The notes: generated by a model from the letters alone, not told the origin. A DNA stretch of 64,000 nt from Nitrospirota bacterium (GCA_963663225.1 OY760142.1:1888001-1952000); one strand, 5' to 3'. Numbered from the stretch's first letter, positions 49,965 through 60,697 are shown. Translations and numbers: made by a program.

Positions 49965-52358
49965 TCAGTCTGTCAAAGAATTCTGCTGCGGCCCGGCCGG
50001 CGCCCATTTCCATTCCCTGATTTCCGGCAGGTCCTGTCCATACCGGTTGATGTACTCCCGGTGCTCCACCAGTTTCTCGCTGACTGCTTGTTTTGTGTAC
50101 GCGGCTATATCTGCAAGGCTCGGGACCCGGTCGATTACATCGGAAACGAGATGGAAGCGGTCAAGATCGTTGCGCACGACCATGTCAAACGGCGTTGTGG
50201 TCGTCCCTTCTTCCTTGTATCCGCGCACATGAATATTCAGATGGTTTGTGCGCCGGTATGTCAAACGGTGGATCAGCCAGGGATAGCCGTGATAGGCAAA
50301 AATGACCGGTTTGTCTTTTGTAAAGAGGATGTCGAATTCACGGTCCGAAAGTCCGTGAGGATGCTCTTCCGCGGGCTGGAGAGTCATAAGGTCCACCACA
50401 TTAATCACGCGCACTTTCAGATCAGGCGCGTACTCGCGGATCAGCTGGACTGCTGCCAGAGTCTCCAGGGTAGGCACATCGCCGGCGCACGCCATTACGA
50501 CATCCGGCTCACTGCCCTTGTCGTTGCTCGCCCACTCCCAGATTCCTATTCCGTCCGAGCAATGCTTGATCGCGGCAGCCATATCGAGCCACTGCGGCTG
50601 GGGAGCCTTTCCCGCGACAATGACATTCACCTTGTTTCTGCTGCGCAAGCACTGGTCGGCCACGATGAGGAGGGTATTTGCGTCCGGCGGGAAGTAGACC
50701 CGCACGATATCGGATTTTTTATTCACTACATGATCGATGAACCCGGGGTCCTGATGGCTGAAACCATTGTGGTCCTGCTGCCAGACATGGGACGTGAGCA
50801 GATAGTTGAGAGATGCGATGGGCCTTCTCCAGAGTATTTCCCTGCTGGTGACTTTGAGCCACTTCGCATGCTGGTTGAACATGGAGTCGATAATATGGAT
50901 GAACGCCTCGTAACAGGAAAAAAATCCGTGGCGTCCCGTGAGCAAATATCCTTCGAGCCAGCCCTGGCACGTGTGTTCACTCAGGATCTCCATGACGCGG
51001 CCATCCGGAGAAAGATGGACATCCTCGGGGATTGTTTTTTCCATCCATGCCCGGTCTGTTGCTTCGAAGACGGCGTCAAGCCGGTTCGAGGAGGTTTCAT
51101 CCGGACCCATGATCCGGAAGTTTCGTTCATCCGCGTTCAGCTTCATGATGTCGCGCAGAAAGTTCCCCAGGACTTTTGTCGCCTCGCCGATAACCTTTCC
51201 ATTTGCAGTCATGGTAACGGCATAATCCCTGAAGTCGGGGATTTTCAAGTCTTTGAGAAGAATGCCGCCATTGGCATGCGGGTTTGCGCCCATGCGCCGG
51301 TTGCCTTTGGGCGGCAGATCGGCGAGGTGGGAAAAGAGCCTGCCGTTTTCGTCGAAAAGCTCTTCCGGTTTATAGGACTTCATCCATGCTTCGAGAAGTT
51401 TGATATGCTCCGGTTTTGCCGCCATTTCTGCAAAAGGAACCTGGTGCGAGCGCCAGAAGCCTTCCGTCTTGAGGCCGTCCACCTCACCGGGACCCGTCCA
51501 CCCTTTGGGCGTGCGAAGGATGATCATGGGCCAGCGGGGACGTTTAATCACATTGTGGAAACGAGATTCTGTTTGGATAGTCTTTATCTCATCAGCTACA
51601 GTGTCCAGGGTTTCAGCCATTGCCTGATGCATGGCATTCGGGTCGGATCCTTCCACGAAATACGGTTTGTAGCCGTAGCCGATGAACAAACTCTCCAGCT
51701 CTTCGCCGCTGATGCGTGCCAATACGGCAGGGTTCGCGATTTTATATCCATTGAGATGCAGAATGGGCAGTACTGCCCCGTCACGGCGCGGATTCAGGAA
51801 TTTGTTGGAATGCCAGGCCGCGGCGAGAGGGCCTGTTTCCGCTTCGCCGTCGCCCACCACGCAGGCGGCAATGAGATTGGGATTGTCGAAAACAGCGCCG
51901 AATGCATGGGATACGGCATAGCCGAGTTCTCCGCCCTCATGGATGGAGCCCGGGGTCTCCGGCGCGGCATGACTGGGAATGCCGCCGGGAAAGGAAAATT
52001 GTTTAAAAAGTCTTTTCATCCCTTCTGTGTCCTGAGAGATGTTCGGATAGAGTTCGCTATAGGTTCCTTCGAGGTATGTATTTGCCACGAGACCGGGGCC
52101 GCCATGCCCGGGTCCGGCGATATAGATAACATTGAGATCCCGTGATTTGATTATGCGGTTGAGATGAGCATAAATGAAATTAAGTCCGGGTGTGGTGCCC
52201 CAGTGGCCGAGCAGCCTCGGCTTGATATGGTCCAATTTCAGCGGATTCTTAAGCAGCGGATTGTCGTACAGATAGATTTGGCCAACGGACAGATAGTTTG
52301 CTGCGCGCCAGTAGGCATTGATGGCTTCCAATTGCTCGCGGGAGAGTGGACCAGGCAT
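49965..52358 (-). CDS. xfp: Phosphoketolase (XFP family)
   Basis: [26 protein letters not shown] motif, QDHNGFSHQ. Confidence 0.96.
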   Translation of the reverse strand: MPGPLSREQLEAINAYWRAANYLSVGQIYLYDNPLLKNPLKLDHIKPRLLGHWGTTPGLNFIYAHLNRIIKSRDLNVIYIAGPGHGGPGLVANTYLEGTYSELYPNISQDTEGMKRLFKQFSFPGGIPSHAAPETPGSIHEGGELGYAVSHAFGAVFDNPNLIAACVVGDGEAETGPLAAAWHSNKFLNPRRDGAVLPILHLNGYKIANPAVLARISGEELESLFIGYGYKPYFVEGSDPNAMHQAMAETLDTVADEIKTIQTESRFHNVIKRPRWPMIILRTPKGWTGPGEVDGLKTEGFWRSHQVPFAEMAAKPEHIKLLEAWMKSYKPEELFDENGRLFSHLADLPPKGNRRMGANPHANGGILLKDLKIPDFRDYAVTMTANGKVIGEATKVLGNFLRDIMKLNADERNFRIMGPDETSSNRLDAVFEATDRAWMEKTIPEDVHLSPDGRVMEILSEHTCQGWLEGYLLTGRHGFFSCYEAFIHIIDSMFNQHAKWLKVTSREILWRRPIASLNYLLTSHVWQQDHNGFSHQDPGFIDHVVNKKSDIVRVYFPPDANTLLIVADQCLRSRNKVNVIVAGKAPQPQWLDMAAAIKHCSDGIGIWEWASNDKGSEPDVVMACAGDVPTLETLAAVQLIREYAPDLKVRVINVVDLMTLQPAEEHPHGLSDREFDILFTKDKPVIFAYHGYPWLIHRLTYRRTNHLNIHVRGYKEEGTTTTPFDMVVRNDLDRFHLVSDVIDRVPSLADIAAYTKQAVSEKLVEHREYINRYGQDLPEIREWKWAPAGPQQNSLTD

Positions 52359-52432
52359 AGATCCTCCTGTATTGCCCCTGCAGAGTGAGTGAGGTATGCA
52401 GGAATAAACCGGGGCCTCGTTTGCTGAGTGTT

Positions 52433-53626
52433 TTAAACCGCCTTTTTGCTCGCTTCTCGCAATCGAAGTGCAATCTCTTTCAGAATTTCAATGACGAATT
52501 CCGGATATTCATCCATCATTTTGTCGATGTTTTCAGCGTTGATAACGACCAGTTCCGTATCTTCTGCGGCCACGCATGTCGCCACGCGCGGAACCGACAT
52601 GAGAAATGAAAGAGCGCCGAAACATTTGCCCGGCAGAATGGTCCCAATGATTTTGTCGTCCTTGCGGAGATCCACTTTCCCCTTCAGCACGCCGAACATC
52701 GTATTCCCCGCGTCTCCCTGGTGGTAAATAATGTCTCCCTGATCGTACCGGAGGACGTATTTGCCGATAACTCCTGTCGGGACATTTTTCTCCCCTTCAA
52801 TCAGTTTTTTGATAAACACCGCTTCGTCCCGACCGAGGCTTGCGGCAATCTCCGCTCCGAAGAGAAACACAACCAACGAGTAGTAAATCCAGATAAGGAC
52901 CACAAAAATGGATTTAAAGGACCCGAAAGCAAAACCATATCCCGGGTTATACGTCAGGAAGAGGTGAAAGGCAGGCGTCATGGTAAACCAGAGGAACGCG
53001 GTTACCAACGCCCCGACGAGCAGATGCAGCTTTTGCGCTTTATCGGAAAAGGCAAAATAGAGCAGGAAAACCAGGACTATAATCAGGAAAAAGGGTATAA
53101 GGCCTTCAAGATATCCCAAAGGCACATACATAAGGTTCTGTTTTTCAATCAGGGTAAATACAACGCCAATTACCGCTATTGCCGACAATCCGATAAGAAA
53201 CAGGATGCTGATCGCAACATCAAACAGTTTTTCCAGAAGATAGGGCCGGTTCGGCTTTTTCTTAAAGATCGCCCCCAGCGATATTCTCATATCCGCCACA
53301 AGCGGTGTGACGCTCCAGAGCAGCACCAGTGCGTTGAGGATGCCTATGGTGCCCATGTTGTCAGTGATAAAACGGACCTCGTGAATAATATCCTGGCTGT
53401 ACGTCGGAATTATTTGTTTGAGCAGTTCCTGCGTTTTTGCCAGTGCCTGCTCAGAGGATCCAATCGAAGCGCCAAAAATGGCCGTAAGCAGAAAAAGAAC
53501 AGGGATAATTGCCAGCGAGGCTGAAAAAGCGAGGGAAGAGGCAGCAGTCAGGCCCCGGTTTTTCCTGAACGAGGAAAGTGCCTCTGAAAGAATAATATGG
53601 TGTTTTTTTAAGAAATCAAAAATCAT
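52433..53626 (-). CDS. YihY/BrkB membrane protein fused to a cyclic-nucleotide-binding domain
   Basis: YihY core ([22 protein letters not shown]) followed by [21 protein letters not shown]. Confidence 0.85.
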   Translation of the reverse strand: MIFDFLKKHHIILSEALSSFRKNRGLTAASSLAFSASLAIIPVLFLLTAIFGASIGSSEQALAKTQELLKQIIPTYSQDIIHEVRFITDNMGTIGILNALVLLWSVTPLVADMRISLGAIFKKKPNRPYLLEKLFDVAISILFLIGLSAIAVIGVVFTLIEKQNLMYVPLGYLEGLIPFFLIIVLVFLLYFAFSDKAQKLHLLVGALVTAFLWFTMTPAFHLFLTYNPGYGFAFGSFKSIFVVLIWIYYSLVVFLFGAEIAASLGRDEAVFIKKLIEGEKNVPTGVIGKYVLRYDQGDIIYHQGDAGNTMFGVLKGKVDLRKDDKIIGTILPGKCFGALSFLMSVPRVATCVAAEDTELVVINAENIDKMMDEYPEFVIEILKEIALRLREASKKAV

Positions 53627-53894
53627 TTTAAATATTGTGTAATAATGCCTGATTAAAGTATCTTGATTATAGTTGGTGTGCGCATAAATATCAAGGAGTT
53701 ATTGCTGCCGGTAAAGGCAAATTATTTAGAATTAATGATCATTTTTTTGTAATTACATAAAGTGGTATTGGTTTGCAGCTTAATAGGAATATTTGCACTT
53801 ATTTGTGTTATTTTCTGTCTATTTTTGCACTAAATTTAGCAATGAAGTGGGATTTATGTATTATATATGCATAAAAAGAAAATAAAGGCATAAA

Positions 53895-53924
53895 CTTGAC
53901 AATATTGAACTCATATTTTATAAT
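53895..53924 (+). promoter_or_regulatory. Consensus sigma70 promoter of dnaJ-hspR-clpB overlapped by a HAIR-like operator
   Basis: TTGACA-17 bp-TATAAT; CTTGACA-N7-ACTCATA versus HAIR CTTGAGT-N7-ACTCAAG. Confidence 0.8.
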
Positions 53925-53962
53925 GTTGATAATAGTAAATTTAATTACAAACAGGTGATCAG

Positions 53963-55117
53963 ATGGCTTCCACTGCTAAAAGAGATTATTACGATGTATT
54001 AGGGATAAAAAAAGGTGCTTCCGAAGCAGAAATCAAGAAAGCGTTCAGAAAACTTGCCCGGAAATATCACCCCGATATTAATCCTGGTGACAAAGGATCG
54101 GAGCAAAAATTCAAGGAATTGAATGAGGCCTATGAAGTGCTGTCTGATCAGAAAAAAAGGCAACAGTATGATCAATTCGGGCATATGGCATTTGAACAGG
54201 GATTCGGCCAGGGGGCAGGGTATGGTTCCGGTCATGGACCCGGTGCGGGTTTTGAAGGATTTGGTCAGCAGGGTGGAACGTTTTCCGGCCGTGGGTTCGA
54301 GGACATATTCGGGAGCATATTCGGAGAGAGGGCAACGAGGCCGCGGGGACCGCAAAAAGGCGAGGACATAACCTACGCAGTCGAAGTCGATTTGGAAGAT
54401 GCAATTTTCGGAAGAACCATGCAGGTTGATCTGCGCCGGGATGTAACCTGTTCTGCGTGCGGGGGCAGCGGCGCACAGCCCGGCAGTTCTCCGCGCACCT
54501 GTCCCACATGCATGGGGTCGGGCAGTGTTTCACAGGGCAGAGGATTCATGCATTTCGCGCAGCCATGCCCGACCTGCCGCGGCACCGGAACAATCAACCC
54601 AAACCCGTGCAGGAGCTGCGACGGCAAGGGGATTGTTCCAAAACTGGACAAAATCAACGTGAAAATCCCTGCGGGTGTTGATAATGGTTCCAAAATCAGG
54701 GTTGCGGGCATGGGAGAGCCCGGTGAAGGGGGCGGCCCTGCAGGAGACGTTTACATCGTGACGAAGGTACGGCCGCATTCGTACTTCGAGCGCAAGGGAG
54801 ACAACTTGTATTCGGAAGCCAGCATCACGGTACCGGAGGCCGCTTTGGGAGCAAAGGTTGAAATTCCGACGATAGACGGGATCGTGGCTTTGACGATACC
54901 GCCGGGAACCCAAACAGGACAGCAGCTGAAGCTCAAAGGCAAAGGAGTTCCGCATCTTGGTGGCGGGGGTGTCGGTGACCATTACGTAACGGTTAAGGTG
55001 GTCACTCCCATGGGGTTATCCGACCGGGGCAAGGAGCTTATCCGCGAGCTTGAAAAATTGCATCCGGCAAATCCCCGGCAAAATGTGACGTTCAGGGGTT
55101 TTCGGAAAAGGACATGA
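53963..55117 (+). CDS. dnaJ: Chaperone DnaJ (class A)
   Basis: HPD J-domain, G/F region, four CxxCxGxG repeats. Confidence 0.95.
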   Translation: MASTAKRDYYDVLGIKKGASEAEIKKAFRKLARKYHPDINPGDKGSEQKFKELNEAYEVLSDQKKRQQYDQFGHMAFEQGFGQGAGYGSGHGPGAGFEGFGQQGGTFSGRGFEDIFGSIFGERATRPRGPQKGEDITYAVEVDLEDAIFGRTMQVDLRRDVTCSACGGSGAQPGSSPRTCPTCMGSGSVSQGRGFMHFAQPCPTCRGTGTINPNPCRSCDGKGIVPKLDKINVKIPAGVDNGSKIRVAGMGEPGEGGGPAGDVYIVTKVRPHSYFERKGDNLYSEASITVPEAALGAKVEIPTIDGIVALTIPPGTQTGQQLKLKGKGVPHLGGGGVGDHYVTVKVVTPMGLSDRGKELIRELEKLHPANPRQNVTFRGFRKRT

Positions 55118-55160
55118 TGTTGAGTGTACATTTACTCTGCGATGCGCGGTGAGGTAACGT

Positions 55161-55538
55161 ATGGTCACACGAGAACATAGATTGTTTATGATCAGTGTTG
55201 TGTCGGAAATGCTCGGAATTCATCCCCAGACGCTCAGGCTGTATGAGCGGGAGGGTTTTATCAAACCCAAGCGCAGCATGGGCAATACCCGCCTTTACTC
55301 CGAGGAGGACGTGGAGAAACTCGAGATGATTATGCGGCTTACGCGGGAACTCGGCGTAAACCTGGCGGGCGTAGAAGTGATTCTTTCGATGCGGGAGAAG
55401 ATGGAGCAGATGCAGCAGGAAATGCAAGCAACAGTGGAAAGACTGCGCGATGAACTCGCGCAGGAGATTCGACGGAGAGAAGAGATAAAAAACGCCCTGG
55501 TGCCGGTGAAGAGAATACGGGTACGCAGGGAAGAATAA
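55161..55538 (+). CDS. hspR: MerR-family heat-shock repressor HspR
   Basis: ISVVSEMLGIHPQTLRLYEREG..P.RS.GNTRLYS, LGVNLAGV. Confidence 0.88.
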   Translation: MVTREHRLFMISVVSEMLGIHPQTLRLYEREGFIKPKRSMGNTRLYSEEDVEKLEMIMRLTRELGVNLAGVEVILSMREKMEQMQQEMQATVERLRDELAQEIRRREEIKNALVPVKRIRVRREE

Positions 55539-55605
55539 GCGATGCCGGGAAAAATTCCGCATGGCGTATCATGCATCATGAATCAGATATACGGTGGAGG
55601 TAATT

Positions 55606-58209
55606 ATGGCACGATTTGACAGACTTACCGTGAAGGCCCAGGAGGCGGCCCAGGCTGCCCAGGAAGAGGCGGGCAAGCGTCATCACCAGCAGGTGGACGT
55701 GGAGCATCTTCTGCTCGCGCTCATAGAGCAGACGGACGGTGTTGTGCTGCCGCTGCTGAAAAAGCTCGGCTCTGACCCGGGAAAGATCAAGGCTGATCTC
55801 GAAGGGGCCCTGCAGAGGCTGCCGAAGGTCGAAGGTCTGGTGCAGACCTATCTTTCGCCGCGTCTCGGAAAACTGTTTGATAAGGCAGAGCAGGAGGCGG
55901 AGCGGCTCAAAGATGAGTATATCAGCACCGAGCATCTTCTGATCGCCGCGGCGGACGGCGACGGGCCGGCCCGCGACATTTTAAGCCGTCACGGTGTGAT
56001 GAAGGACAAAATATTCACCGCTCTGGTGGACATCCGCGGCAGCCAGCGCGTGACCGACCAGAATCCAGAGGACAAATATCAGGCATTGACCCGGTACGGC
56101 AGAGATCTGACTGATCTGGCGCGGCGCAGCAAACTCGATCCGGTGATCGGAAGGGACGAAGAAATCCGGCGGGTGGTGCAGGTGCTTTCCCGGAGGACCA
56201 AGAACAATCCGGTGCTTATTGGAGAACCCGGCGTGGGCAAGACCGCGATTGCGGAAGGTTTGGCGCAGAGGATCGTGAACGGCGACGTGCCAGAAGGACT
56301 GAAAAACAAACGGGTGGTCGCGCTCGACATGGGCGCGCTTATCGCGGGCGCCAAATACCGGGGTGAATTCGAAGACCGGCTCAAGGCTGTGCTCAAAGAA
56401 GTGACCGAGGCAGGCGGGGAAGTGATCCTGTTTATTGATGAACTGCATACCGTGGTGGGGGCAGGCGCCGCCGAGGGATCAATGGATGCTTCGAACATGC
56501 TGAAACCCGCGCTCGCTCGAGGCGAACTGCGCTGCGTGGGGGCAACCACGTTGAACGAATACCGCAAGTATATTGAAAAAGACCCTGCATTGGAGCGGCG
56601 GTTCCAGCCGGTGGTTGTGCGCCAGCCGTCGGTCGAAGACACGATTTCCATTCTGCGCGGTTTAAAAGAACGCTATGAAGTGCATCACGGCGTCAAAATC
56701 AAGGACTCCGCGCTGGTGAGCGCCGCGATCCTTTCCCATCGGTACATCGCCGACCGATTTTTGCCGGACAAGGCAATCGACTTGATTGATGAGGCTGCTT
56801 CACGGCTCCGCATGGAAATCGACAGCATGCCGACGGAACTTGACGAAGTGGAGCGCAGAATCACCCAGCTGGAAATTGAACGGGAGGCGGTCAAGAAAGA
56901 ACAGGATCCTGGTTCACGCGACCGGCTTGCGAAAATCGAGCACGACATCCAGGAACTTTGCGGAAAGAGAAACGGCCTGAAAACCCAATGGCAATCCGAA
57001 AAATCCGCGATCCAGAAGATCCGGAACGTCAAGGAACAGATCGAACACGCGAAGATCGACGCGGACAAGGCGGAGCGTGAAGGCAATCTGGGCCGGGCGG
57101 CGGAACTCCGCTATGGAAAGCTTCTCGAACTGCAACGACAGCAGGAAGCCGAGTCGGCGAAACTGGCGGAAATACAGTCGCAGCAGAAAATGCTGAAAGA
57201 AGAAGTTGATGATGAAGACGTGGCGGAAATTGTTTCCAAATGGACTGGCATTCCGGTGTCCAGGATGCTTGAAGGCGAAACGCAGAAGCTGCTGGAGATG
57301 GAAGACCGGCTCCGCATGCGGGTAATAGGCCAGGATGAAGCCATCACCGCGGTATCCGACGCGGTGCGCCGGGCGCGCGCGGGAATACAGGACCCCAACA
57401 GGCCCATCGGGAGTTTCATATTTATGGGACCGACCGGAGTCGGAAAAACGGAACTGGCCCGGGCGCTGGCGGAATTTCTGTTCGATGATGAGCAGGCAAT
57501 GATCCGTATCGACATGTCCGAATACCAGGAGCGCCACACGGTCGCGCGGCTGATCGGAGCGCCTCCCGGATATGTAGGGTATGATGAGGGCGGGCAGCTC
57601 ACGGAAGCGGTGCGCAGGAAACCCTACTCCGTTGTTCTGTTCGATGAGATAGAAAAGGCGCATCCGGAAGTTTTCAATGTCCTGCTGCAAGTTCTCGATG
57701 ACGGGAGACTCACGGACGGACACGGCAGGACCGTGGACTTCAAAAACACGGTCGTGATCATGACATCGAACATCGGCAGCCAGTTTATCCAGGAGCTTCA
57801 GAACAATGAAGAAGAAATGCAGCGAAGGGTCACAGAAGCAATGCGCCAGCACTTCCGGCCTGAGTTCCTGAACCGGATCGATGACACCATTATCTTCCAT
57901 CCGCTGGACGCTGAGACGTTGAAAAAAATCGTCACGATTCAGGTCGGGCTGGTGCAGAAACGCCTTGCCGACAAGAAGATCGAGATTGAGTTGACCGACG
58001 GCGCGAAAGAGCTGCTGGCGGAGGAAGGGTTCGATCTGGTCTTTGGAGCGCGGCCGCTCAAGCGGGTGGTCCAGCGGGATGTGCTGAATCCGCTTGCTTC
58101 AAAGATACTTTCCGGCGAAGTGCGGGAGGGCGCGAAGGTCATTGTCGACCGCAGCGGCAGGAAGCTGGCATTCAGAACGGAAAAGCAGGCAGTAGGCACG
58201 TCTAAATAG
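55606..58209 (+). CDS. clpB: ATP-dependent chaperone ClpB
   Basis: Two AAA+ modules ([16 protein letters not shown]), middle coiled coil, GYVGY; start ATG 55606. Confidence 0.97.
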   Translation: MARFDRLTVKAQEAAQAAQEEAGKRHHQQVDVEHLLLALIEQTDGVVLPLLKKLGSDPGKIKADLEGALQRLPKVEGLVQTYLSPRLGKLFDKAEQEAERLKDEYISTEHLLIAAADGDGPARDILSRHGVMKDKIFTALVDIRGSQRVTDQNPEDKYQALTRYGRDLTDLARRSKLDPVIGRDEEIRRVVQVLSRRTKNNPVLIGEPGVGKTAIAEGLAQRIVNGDVPEGLKNKRVVALDMGALIAGAKYRGEFEDRLKAVLKEVTEAGGEVILFIDELHTVVGAGAAEGSMDASNMLKPALARGELRCVGATTLNEYRKYIEKDPALERRFQPVVVRQPSVEDTISILRGLKERYEVHHGVKIKDSALVSAAILSHRYIADRFLPDKAIDLIDEAASRLRMEIDSMPTELDEVERRITQLEIEREAVKKEQDPGSRDRLAKIEHDIQELCGKRNGLKTQWQSEKSAIQKIRNVKEQIEHAKIDADKAEREGNLGRAAELRYGKLLELQRQQEAESAKLAEIQSQQKMLKEEVDDEDVAEIVSKWTGIPVSRMLEGETQKLLEMEDRLRMRVIGQDEAITAVSDAVRRARAGIQDPNRPIGSFIFMGPTGVGKTELARALAEFLFDDEQAMIRIDMSEYQERHTVARLIGAPPGYVGYDEGGQLTEAVRRKPYSVVLFDEIEKAHPEVFNVLLQVLDDGRLTDGHGRTVDFKNTVVIMTSNIGSQFIQELQNNEEEMQRRVTEAMRQHFRPEFLNRIDDTIIFHPLDAETLKKIVTIQVGLVQKRLADKKIEIELTDGAKELLAEEGFDLVFGARPLKRVVQRDVLNPLASKILSGEVREGAKVIVDRSGRKLAFRTEKQAVGTSK

Positions 58210-58244
58210 TTATGGAAGGGTAGCGCACCATGTACGAAACATCA

Positions 58245-58278
58245 GGGCAGCCGTAGTTAAAACGCGGCTGCCTTTTTT
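58245..58278 (+). terminator. Intrinsic terminator after clpB
   Basis: GGCAGCCG/CGGCTGCC stem plus T6. Confidence 0.85.
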
Positions 58279-58350
58279 GGTTTGATTTGATGGGAAAACT
58301 TCGCTGAATTTGTCAGTACTGTTTGATAGGGTTGGGAGATACTTCTGAAA

Positions 58351-58409
58351 TAGTAACGCGCGCCTGACGCGCCGCCTTTGGCGCGTCGCTGTCGAGGCGC
58401 AGGTTATTT
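58351..58409 (-). mobile_element. Integron attC site (59 nt)
   Basis: Minus strand AAATAAC-CTGCG-CCTCGAC...GTCAGG-CGCGC-GTTACTA: AAC/GTT cores and an L''/L' pair CCT(C)GAC/GTCAGG with one extra C. Confidence 0.85.
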
Positions 58410-58994
58410 GTTACTTAATCGGATGCCCAGACATAAAGCCACTGACCTTTTTCATAAACATACACGACACCCGTAGATTCGACAAGGCCAGCGACAATGC
58501 TCGTATTTATTGCCGTCAATCTTTCTCTTTGATTGGCATGTAATTGCTTGTAGTCGTAAGACATTGTGTGCTCGTATGTGCCTGGCTTTGCAGTCTCAAC
58601 ATAACAACCTTGTATATGTTCATTCCAGATTGGCAGCTCTGCGAGCGACCATTGTTTTTCTCGTGAAAGAGCCGCGATTAGTTTCGGAGTCTTCGTATTC
58701 TTGTGCACAAGAAAGAGCGCAAAATCCTTTTTATTATCCCCGTCAAAGTCCGCGCTCGCGACTGTTAAGCATTGACCTTCCTTGTAATCTGTATTCCATT
58801 TAGGATCGTCGTATAGTTGATCAGTTGCTTTCGCTATGCGGTAGTCGGGGAACTTCTTTCGCAATGCTTCACGAAGGGAGGTGGGGATAAGCTTTTCGCA
58901 GGCATCATCAGCATATACAAAACTGTTGATGCCGACCAATAAGAGGATTGGAATGAGGAATTTAATTGTTCGCATATCGCCTTTTCAGAAATAA
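58357..58994 (-). mobile_element. Integron gene cassette (638 bp, single ORF)
   Basis: Starts G|TTATTT (complement of R'' AAATAAC), ATG 13 nt after the core, stop 5 nt before attC; visibly more AT-rich than flanks. Confidence 0.8.
58415..58975 (-). CDS. Secreted hypothetical protein with an FG-GAP/VCBS-like Ca-binding loop (cassette cargo)
   Basis: Signal peptide ending VYA; ADFDGDNKKDFA motif. Confidence 0.8.
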   Translation of the reverse strand: MRTIKFLIPILLLVGINSFVYADDACEKLIPTSLREALRKKFPDYRIAKATDQLYDDPKWNTDYKEGQCLTVASADFDGDNKKDFALFLVHKNTKTPKLIAALSREKQWSLAELPIWNEHIQGCYVETAKPGTYEHTMSYDYKQLHANQRERLTAINTSIVAGLVESTGVVYVYEKGQWLYVWASD

Positions 58995-59007
58995 CCAGAT
59001 ATTAGTT
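58989..59007 (-). other. attI-like junction
   Basis: AACTAAT-ATCTG-GTTATTT mirrors the attI1 layout CCCTAAA-ACAAA-GTTRRRY (L box, 5 nt, R box). Confidence 0.5.
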
Positions 59008-59015
59008 CTTCGGAA

Positions 59016-59045
59016 AATATAGCATAGAGTTGGAATAATGGTCAA
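59016..59045 (-). promoter_or_regulatory. Pc-like promoter firing into the cassette
   Basis: TTGACC-18 bp-TATATT with extended -10 TG, directly upstream of the attI-like site. Confidence 0.6.
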
Positions 59046-59337
59046 TGAATTTAAGAAAGAATTTGACGTATCAGACTGAATTTATAAGATATTGTAAAAC
59101 GACTAATATTCAAATTGTCGTCATGTTATATTAGGTTGACTAATATGCAGTTTATGGAATAGCTTTTTTAAGTGAACCGCAGTTAAGGCGAGCATAGAGC
59201 CCTTTATTTACTGTTATCCTCCTGATCGAGTTTGGCTCTGACTGGCAGAAAATTCTTTCTGGTTAAAAAAAGAAAATTATGGTATAGTACAGTATATTTG
59301 TTTGCAGGTAAATTTCCTACGCTGCGCGCAGGTCCAG

Positions 59338-60507
59338 ATGCCAAAAGCCAAACCGAAAACTGCAAAAACAAAAACCGCAAAAACAAAAGCAAAAAAGAGT
59401 GAGCGCAAAGACGCAACTCACGATTTTAAAACTCTTTTTTATCAAAAGCTTACCGAAACCCATCTCTTTTACGAAGTAGGCAAAATAATCGCTTCGGAAT
59501 TAGAGCCTTTAGAACTGATTTCCAAAATCATGGTTTCCATCGGGAAGTCAGTTGCCTTTGAAGATGCTTCCGCCTATATAGTAAAAAAGGACATGACCGG
59601 CCTGGAAGCCATCTATTTCCACAATCCACAGCTCCAGCCCAAAATACACGAAACCGTTTATTTTGATAATGGCGCGCCCGGGATGATCGCGACGAGCGGC
59701 GAACCGATCTTTCTGGAGGACACCGCGCTTTTCGACAGCTATCTTCACCATCCCGATGAAAAAAAGGAGCAGGGCAGCTATATCGGAATCCCGCTGAAAA
59801 ATGAGAACCGCATTGAAGGCATGATGGGTTTCAGCCACAGAAAAACCTCGGCCTTTCAGGTGAAGGATTTCGACCTTCTGCGGACGCTGTCGCACCTCAT
59901 TTCTACCGGGCTTGAGAAAGCCGAACTTTTCAAAAAGGCTCTTGAACTTTCACGCATCGATGAATTGACGGGACTGCTTAATTACCGCGTGCTTCTGGAA
60001 AAACTTGAGGAAGAAGTCAAGAGACAGGTGAGAACGGGAAGCGAGTTTTCCTTTATCATGATTGATATTGACGATTTCAAACGGATCAACGACCGCTACG
60101 GTCATTTGGAAGGAAGCAGATTGATAGCGCAGATAGGGCCGCTTTTGAAGGCCGCCGTCAGGACGGGCAGCACCGACACCTGTTTCCGGTACGGCGGTGA
60201 AGAATTTTCCGTACTGCTCGCGGAGACGGACATCAACGAGGCCATGGCGGTTGCCGAGCGGGTGCGGCAGTCGGTTGAAGAGTATCCTTTTACGTTAAAA
60301 GTGTTGCACCCCTATGAACGGGTGACGGTGAGCCTCGGCGTGTCAACGAAGGACCAGGACAGCACCAAGACTACTTCCGACGTGATCCATGAGTCCGACG
60401 TTGCCCTGTACCGCTCCAAGGCGCTGGGCAAGAACCGTGTTACCAGCTACTGCCAGTCTTTGACTATGCCCGGCGAGCAGTCGGACGCATGCGGTGATAA
60501 ACAGTGA
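59338..60507 (+). CDS. GAF-GGDEF diguanylate cyclase
   Basis: GAF domain, DELTGL, DIDDFKRINDRYGH, RYGGEEF, KALGKNR. Confidence 0.93.
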   Translation: MPKAKPKTAKTKTAKTKAKKSERKDATHDFKTLFYQKLTETHLFYEVGKIIASELEPLELISKIMVSIGKSVAFEDASAYIVKKDMTGLEAIYFHNPQLQPKIHETVYFDNGAPGMIATSGEPIFLEDTALFDSYLHHPDEKKEQGSYIGIPLKNENRIEGMMGFSHRKTSAFQVKDFDLLRTLSHLISTGLEKAELFKKALELSRIDELTGLLNYRVLLEKLEEEVKRQVRTGSEFSFIMIDIDDFKRINDRYGHLEGSRLIAQIGPLLKAAVRTGSTDTCFRYGGEEFSVLLAETDINEAMAVAERVRQSVEEYPFTLKVLHPYERVTVSLGVSTKDQDSTKTTSDVIHESDVALYRSKALGKNRVTSYCQSLTMPGEQSDACGDKQ

Positions 60508-60523
60508 TCCGCTTTTTTTCCGC

Positions 60524-60697
60524 CTAGAAACATCCCAGCTTGCAAGCCATAATTTTTATTTTTAAATCATTGCAGATTGCGCCTATCTCTTTCAGCGGGA
60601 CATTGAGTGCTGCTGAGAGTTCATGCGCTTTTTCACAGCTCAGCCGGTTGTTCATCACAGCGGCCTGAATTGCTTCAATAACTTTTTCCCGTGTCAT
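60524..60697 (-). CDS. Small protein with C-terminal CKLGCF motif
   Basis: 57 aa; GGAGGA RBS; TTGCAA-17 bp-TATTAT promoter at 60738-60766. Confidence 0.8.
   Translation of the reverse strand: MTREKVIEAIQAAVMNNRLSCEKAHELSAALNVPLKEIGAICNDLKIKIMACKLGCF

Noticed and set aside
49734-52145. 803-aa plus-strand ORF
   Set aside because: Antisense shadow of phosphoketolase; no motifs, explained by codon bias
53677-53704. dif-like sequence TGTGCGCATAA
   Set aside because: The XerC-like arm matches, but the more conserved XerD arm (TTATGTTAAAT) is absent
53763-53777. Possible sigma54 promoter TGGTATT..TTGCA
   Set aside because: GG-GC spacing is 9 nt, not the required 10
56914-57900. 328-aa minus-strand ORF (similar cases at 36324-37244 and 33539-34486)
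   Set aside because: Antisense to clpB, ftsH and tilS; no independent signals
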